DNA of 64,000 bases from an uncultured bacterium (GCA_963726455.1 CAVSCK010000004.1:864001-928000), one strand, 5' to 3'; shown: positions 19,877 through 28,628, counted from the first letter of the stretch. A program made the numbers and translations. Notes: generated by a model from the letters alone, not told the origin.

Positions 19877-19899
19877 GGGGTAGACTTTCTCCGGAGTCT

Positions 19900-20457
19900 T
19901 CACCTGACAGGCTGATAACTCAACACGACGACCCCGCTCTTGAGTGTCTTTGCGCCCGTCAATTTAAGTTCCAGTCTGCTCTTGACGTTCTTGAATATCG
20001 ACGTGCCTGCGCCCAGCACGACCGGATCGAACATGACTTGATACTCATCGATAAGACCCTGCTCAGCAAGCTGGGTGACGACACTACCACTTCCCAATAT
20101 GGTCAGGCTCTTTCCGGGTGTCTGCTTCAACTTCTTCACTTCCGTAATCAGGTCGCCATTCAACACCCTGGTATTCTCCCAATCTGCACTCTTTAGCGTT
20201 CTCGAGAACACAATCTTGTCTGCCTTGTTCATTCCTTTGGCAACACCTGGACTGTCTTCCATTGCCATCGGTGTCGGCCAGTAGCTTGCCATCATCTCGT
20301 AGGTCACCCTTCCGAAAAGCAATGTGCCCCCGCCTTTCAGACTCTGTGCAGCGTACTTGTTTTCCTCCACGCCATGCCGGTGCCAATTGATATCCTGATT
20401 CTTGCCCTCGAAGTACCCGTCCAGCGACACGAATATGAAGCTATTGATCTTTCTCAT
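19900..20457 (-). CDS. Dihydrofolate reductase-like / RibD C-terminal domain protein
   Basis: VSLDGY, LLFGRVTYE, KIVFSRTL, ILGSGS, LIDEY and PVVLGAG. Confidence 0.88.
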   Translation of the reverse strand: MRKINSFIFVSLDGYFEGKNQDINWHRHGVEENKYAAQSLKGGGTLLFGRVTYEMMASYWPTPMAMEDSPGVAKGMNKADKIVFSRTLKSADWENTRVLNGDLITEVKKLKQTPGKSLTILGSGSVVTQLAEQGLIDEYQVMFDPVVLGAGTSIFKNVKSRLELKLTGAKTLKSGVVVLSYQPVR

Positions 20458-20533
20458 TGGACTCTCCCTTGATTTCGAATTTGTACGGCAAAAGAGGCGA
20501 AAACGATGGCGGTGTGCTGCGAAAAGGGTGTAT

Positions 20534-20575
20534 GTTGCATCAGGTCTTAGCCAGTCTCCGGGCATGACCTGACGC
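20534..20575 (+). repeat. REP-like hairpin, family A
   Basis: GTTGCATCAGGTCTTAGCCAGTCTCCGGGCATGACCTGACGC; followed by GGnGTAGACT as in the 19835 copy. Confidence 0.85.
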
Positions 20576-20607
20576 GGCGTAGACTGTTTGGAGAAGTACG
20601 ATCCGGG

Positions 20608-20995
20608 CTACTCAACCTTGGTGCCGATCCACCAGGTTACACCTCCGGCATCTTTGACCCCGCCGCGTTTGTCTTGACCTTGTCTGTGCACCGGTTCCTG
20701 CACCGAAATTGCACCTGCCGCTATGGCTCGCTGATAAACGGCGTCGACGTCTCTGACGTAAACATGCAAATGCGAGGGCATTGCCGGCCAGGCATCAGTG
20801 CTGTCGGCAAGCATCACAATCGTGTCCTCAATTCGAACTTCGGCGTGCATAATCTCGGCCCATAGGATCCGCGACCCTGCGTATTTCGCTTGCTCCGAAG
20901 ACATCCTTGAGAAACGCGATAGCGCTGCTTGCGTCGCGCACTATGAGATAGGGTGAGACGGTACTGTAGCTGTCTGGCTTGTAAGAAATGCTCAT
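20608..20995 (-). CDS. VOC/glyoxalase (PhnB-like) protein, +1 frameshift near 20854
   Basis: YSTVSPYLIVRDA..AIAFLKDVFGA joins IMHAEVRI..LHVYVRDVDAVYQRA..GGVKDAGGVTWWI. Confidence 0.8.
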
Positions 20996-21088
20996 AATTT
21001 CTCCTTGTCTGCGTTCCTTCTTCGTTACGAAGATGTACGGCCTGCGAGGGAGAATCGATGGCCTGGTTAGATATCGATGTGATTGTAT

Positions 21089-21129
21089 CGTCAAGCTATA
21101 GCTCGCCGAACGGGCGTGACCTGACGCAA
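21089..21129 (+). repeat. Degenerate family A hairpin
   Basis: CGTCAAG...CGGGCGTGACCTGACGCAA; right arm intact. Confidence 0.7.
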
Positions 21130-21412
21130 AGGGTTATCACCTCCCGCAAGCGATTCGCCTTGATTGTCGCATGCCAGCAGGGGGCTTCGACATTAGGGAC
21201 TATACCGCGGGATGCCGACTCAAAGCGACGCCCCAAAATGGGGGCAATCTCCAACGTTCTCCCAAGTCGCCAATAATCTTCTTGACAATCCGGATTAAAT
21301 GTAGTTTCTTAGTATACGTTACCTACATTTGCGGGAGTCTGTCGACATGCTAGGACCCGGTCGACTCACTTCTAAGTTCACTCAACTGTCACCAAAGGAG
21401 GGCAGAGATACT

Positions 21413-22723
21413 ATGCGTATGAATCTGCTATCGTTGACTGTCGTCATGCTTTGCATCTTCGCGTCCAAAGCGTTCGCGGCAATTTCCTTCGCTCCCCACG
21501 TAGATTATCCACTGCAAGCGTACAGTTGGCCGCAGTCCGTCTGTAGCGCTGACTTTGACGGCGACGGCAAGAATGACGTGGCTGTGGTATACTATAACGC
21601 AGCCAAGATATCGATCCTGAAGAGCAATGGTGATGGCACACTGGCTCCGGCGGTAGATTACCCAGCATCATATAGCGGAATGGCTATCTGCACAGCCGAC
21701 TTTAACGGAGACGGGAAACCCGATATAGCGCTTGCGAATGACAATTCCCCCGGCGTCACCGTATTGATGAACAACGGAGATGGTACCTTTGCAGCTCCTG
21801 TCAATTACACCGAAGATTACGTGCGCTCGATATTTACAGCCGACTTAAATGGTGACGGGAGACCGGACTTGGCCGTTGCCAGTACGCTGTTCAATTGTGC
21901 AACCGTACTAATAAACCATGGCGACGGCACCTTCGCCCCGGGAGTCAGCTACACTGTCGGAGCCAATCCCTGGGGTGTGTATGGCGCCGATTTCGACGGC
22001 GACGGATGGTGTGATCTGGCAACAGCAAACTACACTTCTAACAACGTCTCGGTTTTGCGAAACAACGGCGACGGCACTTTTGCATCAGCCGTCAATTATC
22101 CCGTGGCACTCCAAGCATTTTCCGTATATGCCGGCGATCTTAACGGGGATGGCAAACCAGATCTGGCGGTGGGACACTGGACGTTACCTAACAGCATTGC
22201 CGTTCTGATCAACAATGGAAGTGGCACGTTCGCGCCTGCCGTCATTTACGACATAACCGCCGGTTACATTATTGTCATCGCCGTCGATCTGGATGGTGAC
22301 GGTTACCCTGACCTGGCGTCGGGATGTAATGGTCGTGACGTGGCAGTCAATCTGAACCATGGCAACGGTACGTTTGCGGCGGCGTCCTATTTCCCGGTGG
22401 GCGCAGGTGACCGTGGCGTCTGCGCCGCCGACTTAAACGGGGACGGAAAGCTTGATCTGGTAACAGCAAATCAATACGAGTCCACTCTATCTGTTCTGAT
22501 CAACAATGGCTCGCACGTATGTGGCGATGCTAACGGTGATGCTACCGTAGACATATCCGACGCGGTCGCGCTGATAGCTTACATCTTTTCCGGAGGTCCT
22601 GCTCCGAGTCCATTGGCTGCGGGCGACGCCAACTGCGACTTGGCTGTCGATATCTCGGACGCCGTGTATCTAATTGCATACATCTTTAGCGGTGGACCGG
22701 CGCCATGCGCATCCTGTAAATGA
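21413..22723 (+). CDS. Secreted FG-GAP/VCBS beta-propeller protein with C-terminal dockerin-like domain
   Basis: Signal peptide (AFA-A), seven DF/LxGDGxxDLA repeats and duplicated GDANxDxxVDISDAVxLIAYIFSGGPAP. Confidence 0.88.
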   Translation: MRMNLLSLTVVMLCIFASKAFAAISFAPHVDYPLQAYSWPQSVCSADFDGDGKNDVAVVYYNAAKISILKSNGDGTLAPAVDYPASYSGMAICTADFNGDGKPDIALANDNSPGVTVLMNNGDGTFAAPVNYTEDYVRSIFTADLNGDGRPDLAVASTLFNCATVLINHGDGTFAPGVSYTVGANPWGVYGADFDGDGWCDLATANYTSNNVSVLRNNGDGTFASAVNYPVALQAFSVYAGDLNGDGKPDLAVGHWTLPNSIAVLINNGSGTFAPAVIYDITAGYIIVIAVDLDGDGYPDLASGCNGRDVAVNLNHGNGTFAAASYFPVGAGDRGVCAADLNGDGKLDLVTANQYESTLSVLINNGSHVCGDANGDATVDISDAVALIAYIFSGGPAPSPLAAGDANCDLAVDISDAVYLIAYIFSGGPAPCASCK

Positions 22724-22752
22724 AATCCTCTTCATAGAAAGGTAGAATTGAC

Positions 22753-24069
22753 ATGATCCCCAAATGCTTAAGCATCGCATTCGTGACCTGTTTGTTTGTG
22801 ACTCAGTCCCTCGTCGCTGCCATCTCTTTCGCCCCCCACGTAGATTACCCGGTGGGGACAGCTCCCTGGTCGGTTTGTGCGGCTGATCTTAACAATGATG
22901 GCAAACCTGATCTGGCGACGGCCAACAACAACTCCGGCTACATTTCAGTCCTGAAAAACAATGGCAACGGCACTTTCGCAGCAGCAGCCAGTTTTGCAGT
23001 GCAATTGTCCGGCAAATCCATTTGTGCTGCCTACCTCAATCCCGACGGCTGGGCAGACCTGGCGGTAGTCGATGGAAGTAGTGTCGAGGTTTTGACCAAC
23101 ACTGGCTCACCTGGTATCTCCTTTAGTGGTGCCATGCCGTTCTTTGCCGGCGCAACTCCTTACTCTGTCGCTGCTGCCGATTTCGACGGGAATGGGACTA
23201 ATGACCTTGCGGTGGTAGACTATTTTAACAGTACGGTTGGGATTTTGTTCAATTCCGGCTTCGCAATCTTTGCAGCTCCGGTCAACTATAGCGTGGGTGG
23301 CGGTCCGTGGTCAGTCTGCGCCGCCAACCTCGGCGGGGACTCGCGACCCGAAGTTGCGACGGCAAACTATTATTTCTCCAATGCCTCAGTGCTTCTCAAT
23401 AACGGCAACGGGACTTTCGCGCCTGCCGTCAGCTACCCGGTCGGCATCTCCCCCGTGTCTATTTGCGCCGCCGACTTCGACGGTGACGGATATATTGATT
23501 TGGCAGTTGCTAATGGCTACGATGGTACCGCCTACACAGTCTCAATCTTGATTAACAATGGCGCCGGCGTATTCGTGCCAACTGCTACATATCCGGGGTT
23601 TTCTACCCCGATGAGTCTTTGCGCTTCTGACATTGACGGTGATGGGTACGTTGACTTGGCTGTGGCAAACTATTTTGGAGACAATATTTCGGTCTTAAAG
23701 AACAATGGTGCCGGAACTTTCTCCTCAGCCGGCACATTCGCTGTCGGAAGCAGGCCGCGTTCTGTTTTCGCTGCTGATTTCAACGGCGACGGAAGACCCG
23801 ATTTGGCGACCGCAAACGAGACTGCCAACTCCCTTTCCGTTTTGATCAGTATCGGTCCATACATATGTGGCGATGCCAACGGTGATGCTGCCGTGGACAT
23901 ATCCGACGCGGTCGCTTTGATCGCTTACATCTTCTCTGGAGGTCCCGCTCCGAATCCATTGGCTGCGGGGGATGCCAACTGCGACTTGGCCGTCGATATC
24001 TCGGACGCGGTGTACTTGATTGCGTACATCTTTTCTGGCGGACCAGCGCCCTGTGCAGGGTGTAAATAG
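22753..24069 (+). CDS. Secreted FG-GAP/VCBS protein with C-terminal dockerin-like domain
   Basis: Same architecture as 21413-22723. Confidence 0.88.
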   Translation: MIPKCLSIAFVTCLFVTQSLVAAISFAPHVDYPVGTAPWSVCAADLNNDGKPDLATANNNSGYISVLKNNGNGTFAAAASFAVQLSGKSICAAYLNPDGWADLAVVDGSSVEVLTNTGSPGISFSGAMPFFAGATPYSVAAADFDGNGTNDLAVVDYFNSTVGILFNSGFAIFAAPVNYSVGGGPWSVCAANLGGDSRPEVATANYYFSNASVLLNNGNGTFAPAVSYPVGISPVSICAADFDGDGYIDLAVANGYDGTAYTVSILINNGAGVFVPTATYPGFSTPMSLCASDIDGDGYVDLAVANYFGDNISVLKNNGAGTFSSAGTFAVGSRPRSVFAADFNGDGRPDLATANETANSLSVLISIGPYICGDANGDAAVDISDAVALIAYIFSGGPAPNPLAAGDANCDLAVDISDAVYLIAYIFSGGPAPCAGCK

Positions 24070-24259
24070 CAGCAATTCTGTAAAGTGCGCTCGTAATTGG
24101 CCAAGACCTCATGGAAAGGTAATCTGTACGTTTGGCAATTCGGATTAAATATAAAGTCCTAGTACATGTTACCAACATTGCCGGGGCCTGTAGGTGCGAC
24201 TGCTATGTCGACATGCTCCCGCTTTCATTCACCTGTCTCAAAAGGAGGACAGAAATACC

Positions 24260-25492
24260 ATGTATATGAAACTGCTAACGTCAACCCTCGCGATGCTTTG
24301 CATTTTCGCAGGCAATGCGCTAGCCGCCATTTCGTTTCAAGCGCCGGTAAAATATCCGGTCGCGGCGGAACCCATTTCGATCTGCATCGATGACGGGAGC
24401 AACGCCAGCCAAATCTATCTGGATGTTGCATGCTATGCGGGCAACCAATTGATGTGGCTGGTAGGGAACGGCGACGGTACTTTCGTTGTGAGTCCTACAT
24501 CGCATGCCGCCACTACACCAACTTCCGTTTCTGCCGCAAGTTTTTACGGATGGCCTAACAAGGCGATGGCGTGGACGGAGCTTTCCGGCATTATCAAATG
24601 GGACGACGGCAATGCTCAGTCTTCGATTGGGGGCCTTGATCCTAAATCTCTCTGCGTCGCTGATTTCAACTTTGACTACTTGCCAGAAGCTGCCTGGGTT
24701 GATTTTGGCAGTGATCTCGTTGAAACTGCCCATATCGATTCATGGAGTGGCTTCGTTTCTGACTGGAGCACAACAGTTGGAGCCAACCCTATATCGATGT
24801 GCATTGCGGACTTTGACGGCGACTGGTGGCCTGACTTGGCCATCGCGAACTACGGCGCCCAAACTGTCACAGTCTATCGCAACACTTCTGATACTTACAG
24901 CGGTGTCCTGGATTTCGAACTTCACGCAACTAACGGGGTGGGACCGCACCCATACTCCATCTGTACCGCTGACTTTGACTTGGATGGTTTTCCGGATTTG
25001 GCCACTTGCGACAATGGCTGGGGTGTCACTGTCTTGAGAAATACTGGCGGTGGCTACTTCACGGCATCCGAGCAAGGAACGAATCGTGTCGATAGTCCGA
25101 CATGCATCATTGCCGCGGATTTCGACAACGACGGCAAACCTGATCTCGCGGTTGCGAACTCTGCGAGCAACCTTAATGATGTCACTGTGCTTCGCAATAC
25201 ATCCACTGTCGGCAACATATCCTTCGAAGTGGGCTGCTGGGTGGACGACTGGGGATGGGCGGCCTGGGCTCTCTGTGCCGCCGATTTCAATCGCGACGGC
25301 AAGATGGATCTCGCGGTAGCTAATCGTTACTCCAACAATGTCTCGATTCTGCTCAACAACACTTCGGCCGGATCAAGTACTGGAGTATGCGGCGACGCCA
25401 ACTGCGACCTGGCTGTCGATATCTCGGACGCGGTGTACTTGATTGCGTACATCTTTTCAGGCGGACCGGCACCGTGCGCAGGGTGTAAATAG
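24260..25492 (+). CDS. Secreted FG-GAP/VCBS protein with half dockerin-like domain
   Basis: Signal peptide, ADFDxDGxPDLA repeats and a single GDANCD...PCAGCK unit. Confidence 0.85.
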   Translation: MYMKLLTSTLAMLCIFAGNALAAISFQAPVKYPVAAEPISICIDDGSNASQIYLDVACYAGNQLMWLVGNGDGTFVVSPTSHAATTPTSVSAASFYGWPNKAMAWTELSGIIKWDDGNAQSSIGGLDPKSLCVADFNFDYLPEAAWVDFGSDLVETAHIDSWSGFVSDWSTTVGANPISMCIADFDGDWWPDLAIANYGAQTVTVYRNTSDTYSGVLDFELHATNGVGPHPYSICTADFDLDGFPDLATCDNGWGVTVLRNTGGGYFTASEQGTNRVDSPTCIIAADFDNDGKPDLAVANSASNLNDVTVLRNTSTVGNISFEVGCWVDDWGWAAWALCAADFNRDGKMDLAVANRYSNNVSILLNNTSAGSSTGVCGDANCDLAVDISDAVYLIAYIFSGGPAPCAGCK

Positions 25493-25518
25493 CAGCGGCC
25501 TGGTAAAGTAGATTCGTA

Positions 25519-25629
25519 GTTGCGTCAGGTCTTAGGTCGTCCCACGGGAGTGACGGTGTGCCGAACGCCAGGAATGCTCACCAGATGATGCGTCAGGTCC
25601 TAGCCCGTCCCACGGGCGTGGCCTGACGC
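25519..25629 (+). repeat. Two family A hairpins (25519-25554 degenerate; 25587-25629)
   Basis: Both contain TGCGTCAGGTC..CGTCCCACGGG; first copy is preceded by GTAG. Confidence 0.8.
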
Positions 25630-25648
25630 GAGCACTATGATAAGTCTT

Positions 25649-25814
25649 GTAGGTCGGGTTTGCAGCGCAGCGCCAAACCCGACATGATTCACCCAGCCGA
25701 AAGCTGTCGGGTTTTCTCGTCGGCGAAGACAACTAAAGTCGTCGATTCGTCAGAGTCAGTGACCCAGCCAGCGGAAGTGAAATGGCAACCAGCCGACTCG
25801 CGAACCCGACCTAC
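25649..25814. repeat. REPIN/MITE-like element, family B (166 bp)
   Basis: Terminal inverted repeats GTAGGTCGGGTT...AACCCGACCTAC; internal hairpin GTCGGGTTTG..CAAACCCGAC; second copy at 26582. Confidence 0.85.
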
Positions 25815-25897
25815 GAAACTGAACCCACGGACGTGCAGCAGGTCGAAACCTATGTGGTACGACTCGAACGCTTAGGACACTCTCGTACGGTTGGGAT

Positions 25898-25943
25898 GTT
25901 GCGTCAGTTCCTAGCCCGTCCCACGGGCGTGACCTGACGCAAC
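25898..25943 (+). repeat. REP-like hairpin, family A (full length GTTGCGTCAG...CTGACGCAAC)
   Basis: Near-perfect 13-bp outer stem plus 6-bp inner stem. Confidence 0.85.
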
Positions 25944-25952
25944 CACGCACTC

Positions 25953-26066
25953 TCACGGTGTGCGCTTGGGCTGCTTGTCCTGCCGCTGTTTCTCTTCCTG
26001 CGCGTGCTTCTGTTGTTTCTGTTTCTGATCTTTGCTCTTGTCCTTTTTGCCGCCTTTGTCTCCCAT
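25953..26066 (-). CDS. 37-aa highly charged small protein MGDKGGKKDKSKDQKQKQQKHAQEEKQRQDKQPKRTP
   Basis: AAAGGAG RBS 7 nt before ATG; TATTAT -10 at 26135-26140; below the ORF-track size cut-off. Confidence 0.65.
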   Translation of the reverse strand: MGDKGGKKDKSKDQKQKQQKHAQEEKQRQDKQPKRTP

Positions 26067-26181
26067 GGTGAGACTCCTTTCTGTTTGCTTTTAGCCCGGT
26101 CGTCAGACCTCACTGTGCTGAGGCACTACCTGATATAATACGATGTTTTTGAAGGCAGCGCGACGGGTCAAATTGAGATTC

Positions 26182-26272
26182 GTAGGCCGCAACCGCTAAT
26201 GGCAAGGTATTTGTCGAAACCCAGGCAAGCGTGTCATATGCGCCCCGGAATTCCATCGGGGTTTCGAGCTAC
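26182..26272. repeat. REP-like element, family C, bounded by GTAG...CTAC
   Basis: Arms GTCGAAACCC (26213) and GGGGTTTCGA (26258); homologous to 864-969. Confidence 0.65.
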
Positions 26273-26276
26273 GGGA

Positions 26277-26528
26277 CTAACCAGAAGGCAAAGATTTGCC
26301 ACAGGATTGGCAGAAATTGCCATTGATGTTGGTTTGACGGCGGCAATTGGGACAAGTGAACGTATCGCTCGGCTCTGCGTAACTCTTTATGTCAGCCAAG
26401 AGATCGACGATACGATTGATCTTCCAGTACCAACACATGAATTCGCGCAATAGGGCAAAAAGAAATACGAAGATAGCCACAACGATAATGAGAGCTACTA
26501 TCGGGTTATCAGAGACAGATGAAAACAT
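26277..26528 (-). CDS. Small membrane protein with C-terminal zinc ribbon
   Basis: TM helix, REFMCWYWKIN and CPNC..FCQSCG; AAGGA RBS. Confidence 0.75.
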   Translation of the reverse strand: MFSSVSDNPIVALIIVVAIFVFLFALLREFMCWYWKINRIVDLLADIKSYAEPSDTFTCPNCRRQTNINGNFCQSCGKSLPSG

Positions 26529-26581
26529 GATACGTGTCCTTTCTATGCGGTAATAACTAATCTTCCCTTTGGAGTAGTCTC

Positions 26582-26746
26582 GTAGGTCGGGTTTGCAGCG
26601 GAGCGCCAAACCCGACATGAGTCACTTAGCCGAAAGTGTCGGGTTCTCTCGTCAGCAGAAGCAACGCAGGTCGTCGATTCGTCAGAGCCGGTGACTCGGC
26701 ATGCGCAAGTGACATGGCAACCAGCCGACTCGCGAACCCGACCTAC
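26582..26746. repeat. REPIN/MITE-like element, family B, second copy
   Basis: Same termini and colinear interior as 25649-25814; both followed by GAAACTGA. Confidence 0.85.
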
Positions 26747-26915
26747 GAAACTGATCACTTACAATCTTGCTGAGCAGTTCATTATTCTCAAGAGCAAGGG
26801 TCTTAAGTTGGGCTTCTCGGTCTATTCTACTATCTCGGCTACCTGCCGCGCTGACCAGACCGTTTCAATCGAACTCAGATTCGAGGCGAGAAGACTAGTC
26901 TCGTCGCGGACCAAT

Positions 26916-27662
26916 TCAAAACTCCAGCGGCCATGTTTTGCCATAGCCATCTGTGAATTCGACTCTCTTGAAGCCCAGGTTCTCTAACTGATCCAAGAAC
27001 TGCCCGTTCTTAGACAATTCGTTGGCCATCACCCTTCCCATCAGTACGTATGTGATTTGAAGCGTCGTATTATCTTCCCCGATTGCGGACACGCGCGTGT
27101 CCATCTTGGCAGTGTTAAGCAAACGGTTCTCCAATTCGGCCGCATACTGCTGTCGTTCTTGAGAACAACGGAGACCATCTGCCTTGACTTTGTCAAAAGA
27201 CTGACTGAATTCGTCACGTAATCCTACAACTCCGCCAACGCAGGAAAGCGATGCGATTCGGTACATTTGGTAGGAAATTGGAGCGCACCCGTACCCTTCT
27301 GCAACAATGTCTACTTGGCTGTTTCGCAGCTTCATGGAATCCAGGTGGAATCTGACATCTGTCACGAATTTCGTAGCTTTGATTCTCGACTTCCACGCTT
27401 CTCTTACAAGACACACTTCGACGATATTTTGAACATAGTCTCTTCGAACAAATTGCAGCAGAGGTTCGTAGAGAAATTTCTGGCGCAGGGACGCTTCTAC
27501 GACGCTCATTTCTACCAGTTTCGCGGTTGCAACGGAGTCGTTGAGGGGAACTACCGTAGCAGAGGGCGACCAGAGACTGATCGGATCCCTTTTGGCGATC
27601 GAAAGAACCAGAACTACAAGCGCCAACATAGTACCCGCGAACAACAAAATTTTGGACTTCAT
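26916..27662 (-). CDS. Hypothetical membrane-anchored protein
   Basis: 248-aa ORF with N-terminal hydrophobic helix; no family recognised. Confidence 0.6.
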   Translation of the reverse strand: MKSKILLFAGTMLALVVLVLSIAKRDPISLWSPSATVVPLNDSVATAKLVEMSVVEASLRQKFLYEPLLQFVRRDYVQNIVEVCLVREAWKSRIKATKFVTDVRFHLDSMKLRNSQVDIVAEGYGCAPISYQMYRIASLSCVGGVVGLRDEFSQSFDKVKADGLRCSQERQQYAAELENRLLNTAKMDTRVSAIGEDNTTLQITYVLMGRVMANELSKNGQFLDQLENLGFKRVEFTDGYGKTWPLEF

Positions 27663-27780
27663 ATGTCTTGCCGGCTCAGTCCCTGCGAGCTATTGCAGCT
27701 TGGATAGTCACTTGCCCGCACCTAACCTCGTGTTTTCACCAAGATTATTTAGAATGTAGCCAATTACGTTGAGATTGTCA

Positions 27781-27812
27781 AACAAAAAACCCCGCTCTCT
27801 CGAGCTGGGTCT
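27781..27812 (-). terminator. Intrinsic terminator, probably the original tRNA-Pro terminator
   Basis: ACCC-A-GCTC-GAGA-GAGC-GGGG stem plus TTTTTTGTT, directly after the duplicated tRNA 3' end. Confidence 0.7.
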
Positions 27813-27822
27813 CTCATTCAAG

Positions 27823-27850
27823 ATCGGGGCGAGTAGATTTGAACTGCCGA
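27823..27850 (-). repeat. Duplicated tRNA-Pro 3' end (att-like direct repeat)
   Basis: 27/28 identity to 28542-28569. Confidence 0.9.
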
Positions 27851-27868
27851 AACGGTAATGAGAGACAA

Positions 27869-28465
27869 CTATTTTGTGTAACAACGGAAAGTGATGCCGG
27901 CGAGGAAATGCATCGACCAGAAGCCATTGAACTTCTGTGGAATCCAGGCGCCGGTCAACGAAAGGGAGTACATGTCATTGATGGGATACTCGTACGAAAC
28001 GGCAGTCTGCAAACCGATGAGAATATGCTGGTCATATAGCCGGAGATTATTCGGGAGACCATACTTGAGAGTCAGAGTGCCGAAAGTGGGACCGCCCGCG
28101 AGAAGCAGTCGCGGCCGCGGTCGCAGGCCGATCACGAACGAAAAGCGGTAAGTTTCTGCCTGCTGACGACCCGGTTCGACGCGACTCAGTCTGGTCACGA
28201 AACCGGACAGGCCGACGCTGCCCTCCACAAGATCAGTAAATCTGTAGCCGATAGCGCCATCGAATGCAAGTCCCGATTCACCGTCAAAAATGGCGTACAT
28301 GGAATCGAAATATGCGAGGCCAATCCTGGCGCTGTGATGAGATTGGCCGGCACCAAGACCGAATTGGAGGAATATGCGACCCTGCTCGCCGCGGGCGTGT
28401 CCGCACGTGATTATGACCGTCAAGGTCAGGATTAGTATGAGCCACTGATGTTTGTGCGGGGGCAG
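27869..28465 (-). CDS. Putative outer-membrane beta-barrel protein inside the tRNA islet
   Basis: Signal-like N-terminus, alternating amphipathic strands and C-terminal AGITFR; GGGAGG RBS before a possible CTG start (start uncertain). Confidence 0.55.
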   Translation of the reverse strand: MPPHKHQWLILILTLTVIITCGHARGEQGRIFLQFGLGAGQSHHSARIGLAYFDSMYAIFDGESGLAFDGAIGYRFTDLVEGSVGLSGFVTRLSRVEPGRQQAETYRFSFVIGLRPRPRLLLAGGPTFGTLTLKYGLPNNLRLYDQHILIGLQTAVSYEYPINDMYSLSLTGAWIPQKFNGFWSMHFLAGITFRCYTK

Positions 28466-28542
28466 TTTGCGATACCTCCCTATTATTAAGAAATCTTGTG
28501 GAATGCGATCAAACTGGCTGACCAAGTCAGCTTCTGATAAAA

Positions 28543-28616
28543 TCGGGGCGAGCAGATTTGAACTGCCGACCACTCGCACCCCAAGCGAGTGCGCTACCGG
28601 GCTGCGCCACGCCCCG
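28543..28616 (-). tRNA. tRNA-Pro(GGG), CCA not encoded
   Basis: CGGGGCG acceptor stem, CTCGC-TTGGGGT-GCGAG anticodon arm and GTTCAAAT T-loop. Confidence 0.95.
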
Positions 28617-28628
28617 AATATCTATCTT

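Noticed and set aside
21413-25492. Diversity-generating retroelement acting on the repeated 3' ends
   Set aside because: There is no reverse transcriptase, and differences between repeats are mostly synonymous and not adenine-specific.
19835-25943. Family A repeats as a CRISPR array or integron attC sites
   Set aside because: Spacing is irregular (70 bp to 4 kb), copies are degenerate, no cas or intI gene is present, and the ends are GTT..AAC rather than RYYYAAC..GTTRRRY.
25904-26113. 69-aa Arg-rich ORF from the track
   Set aside because: It is an alternative frame of the 37-aa ORF at 25953-26066, which has the RBS and ATG.
28466-28579. N-terminal extension of ORF 27869-28579
   Set aside because: It overlaps the tRNA-Pro gene; the real start must lie downstream of the tRNA.
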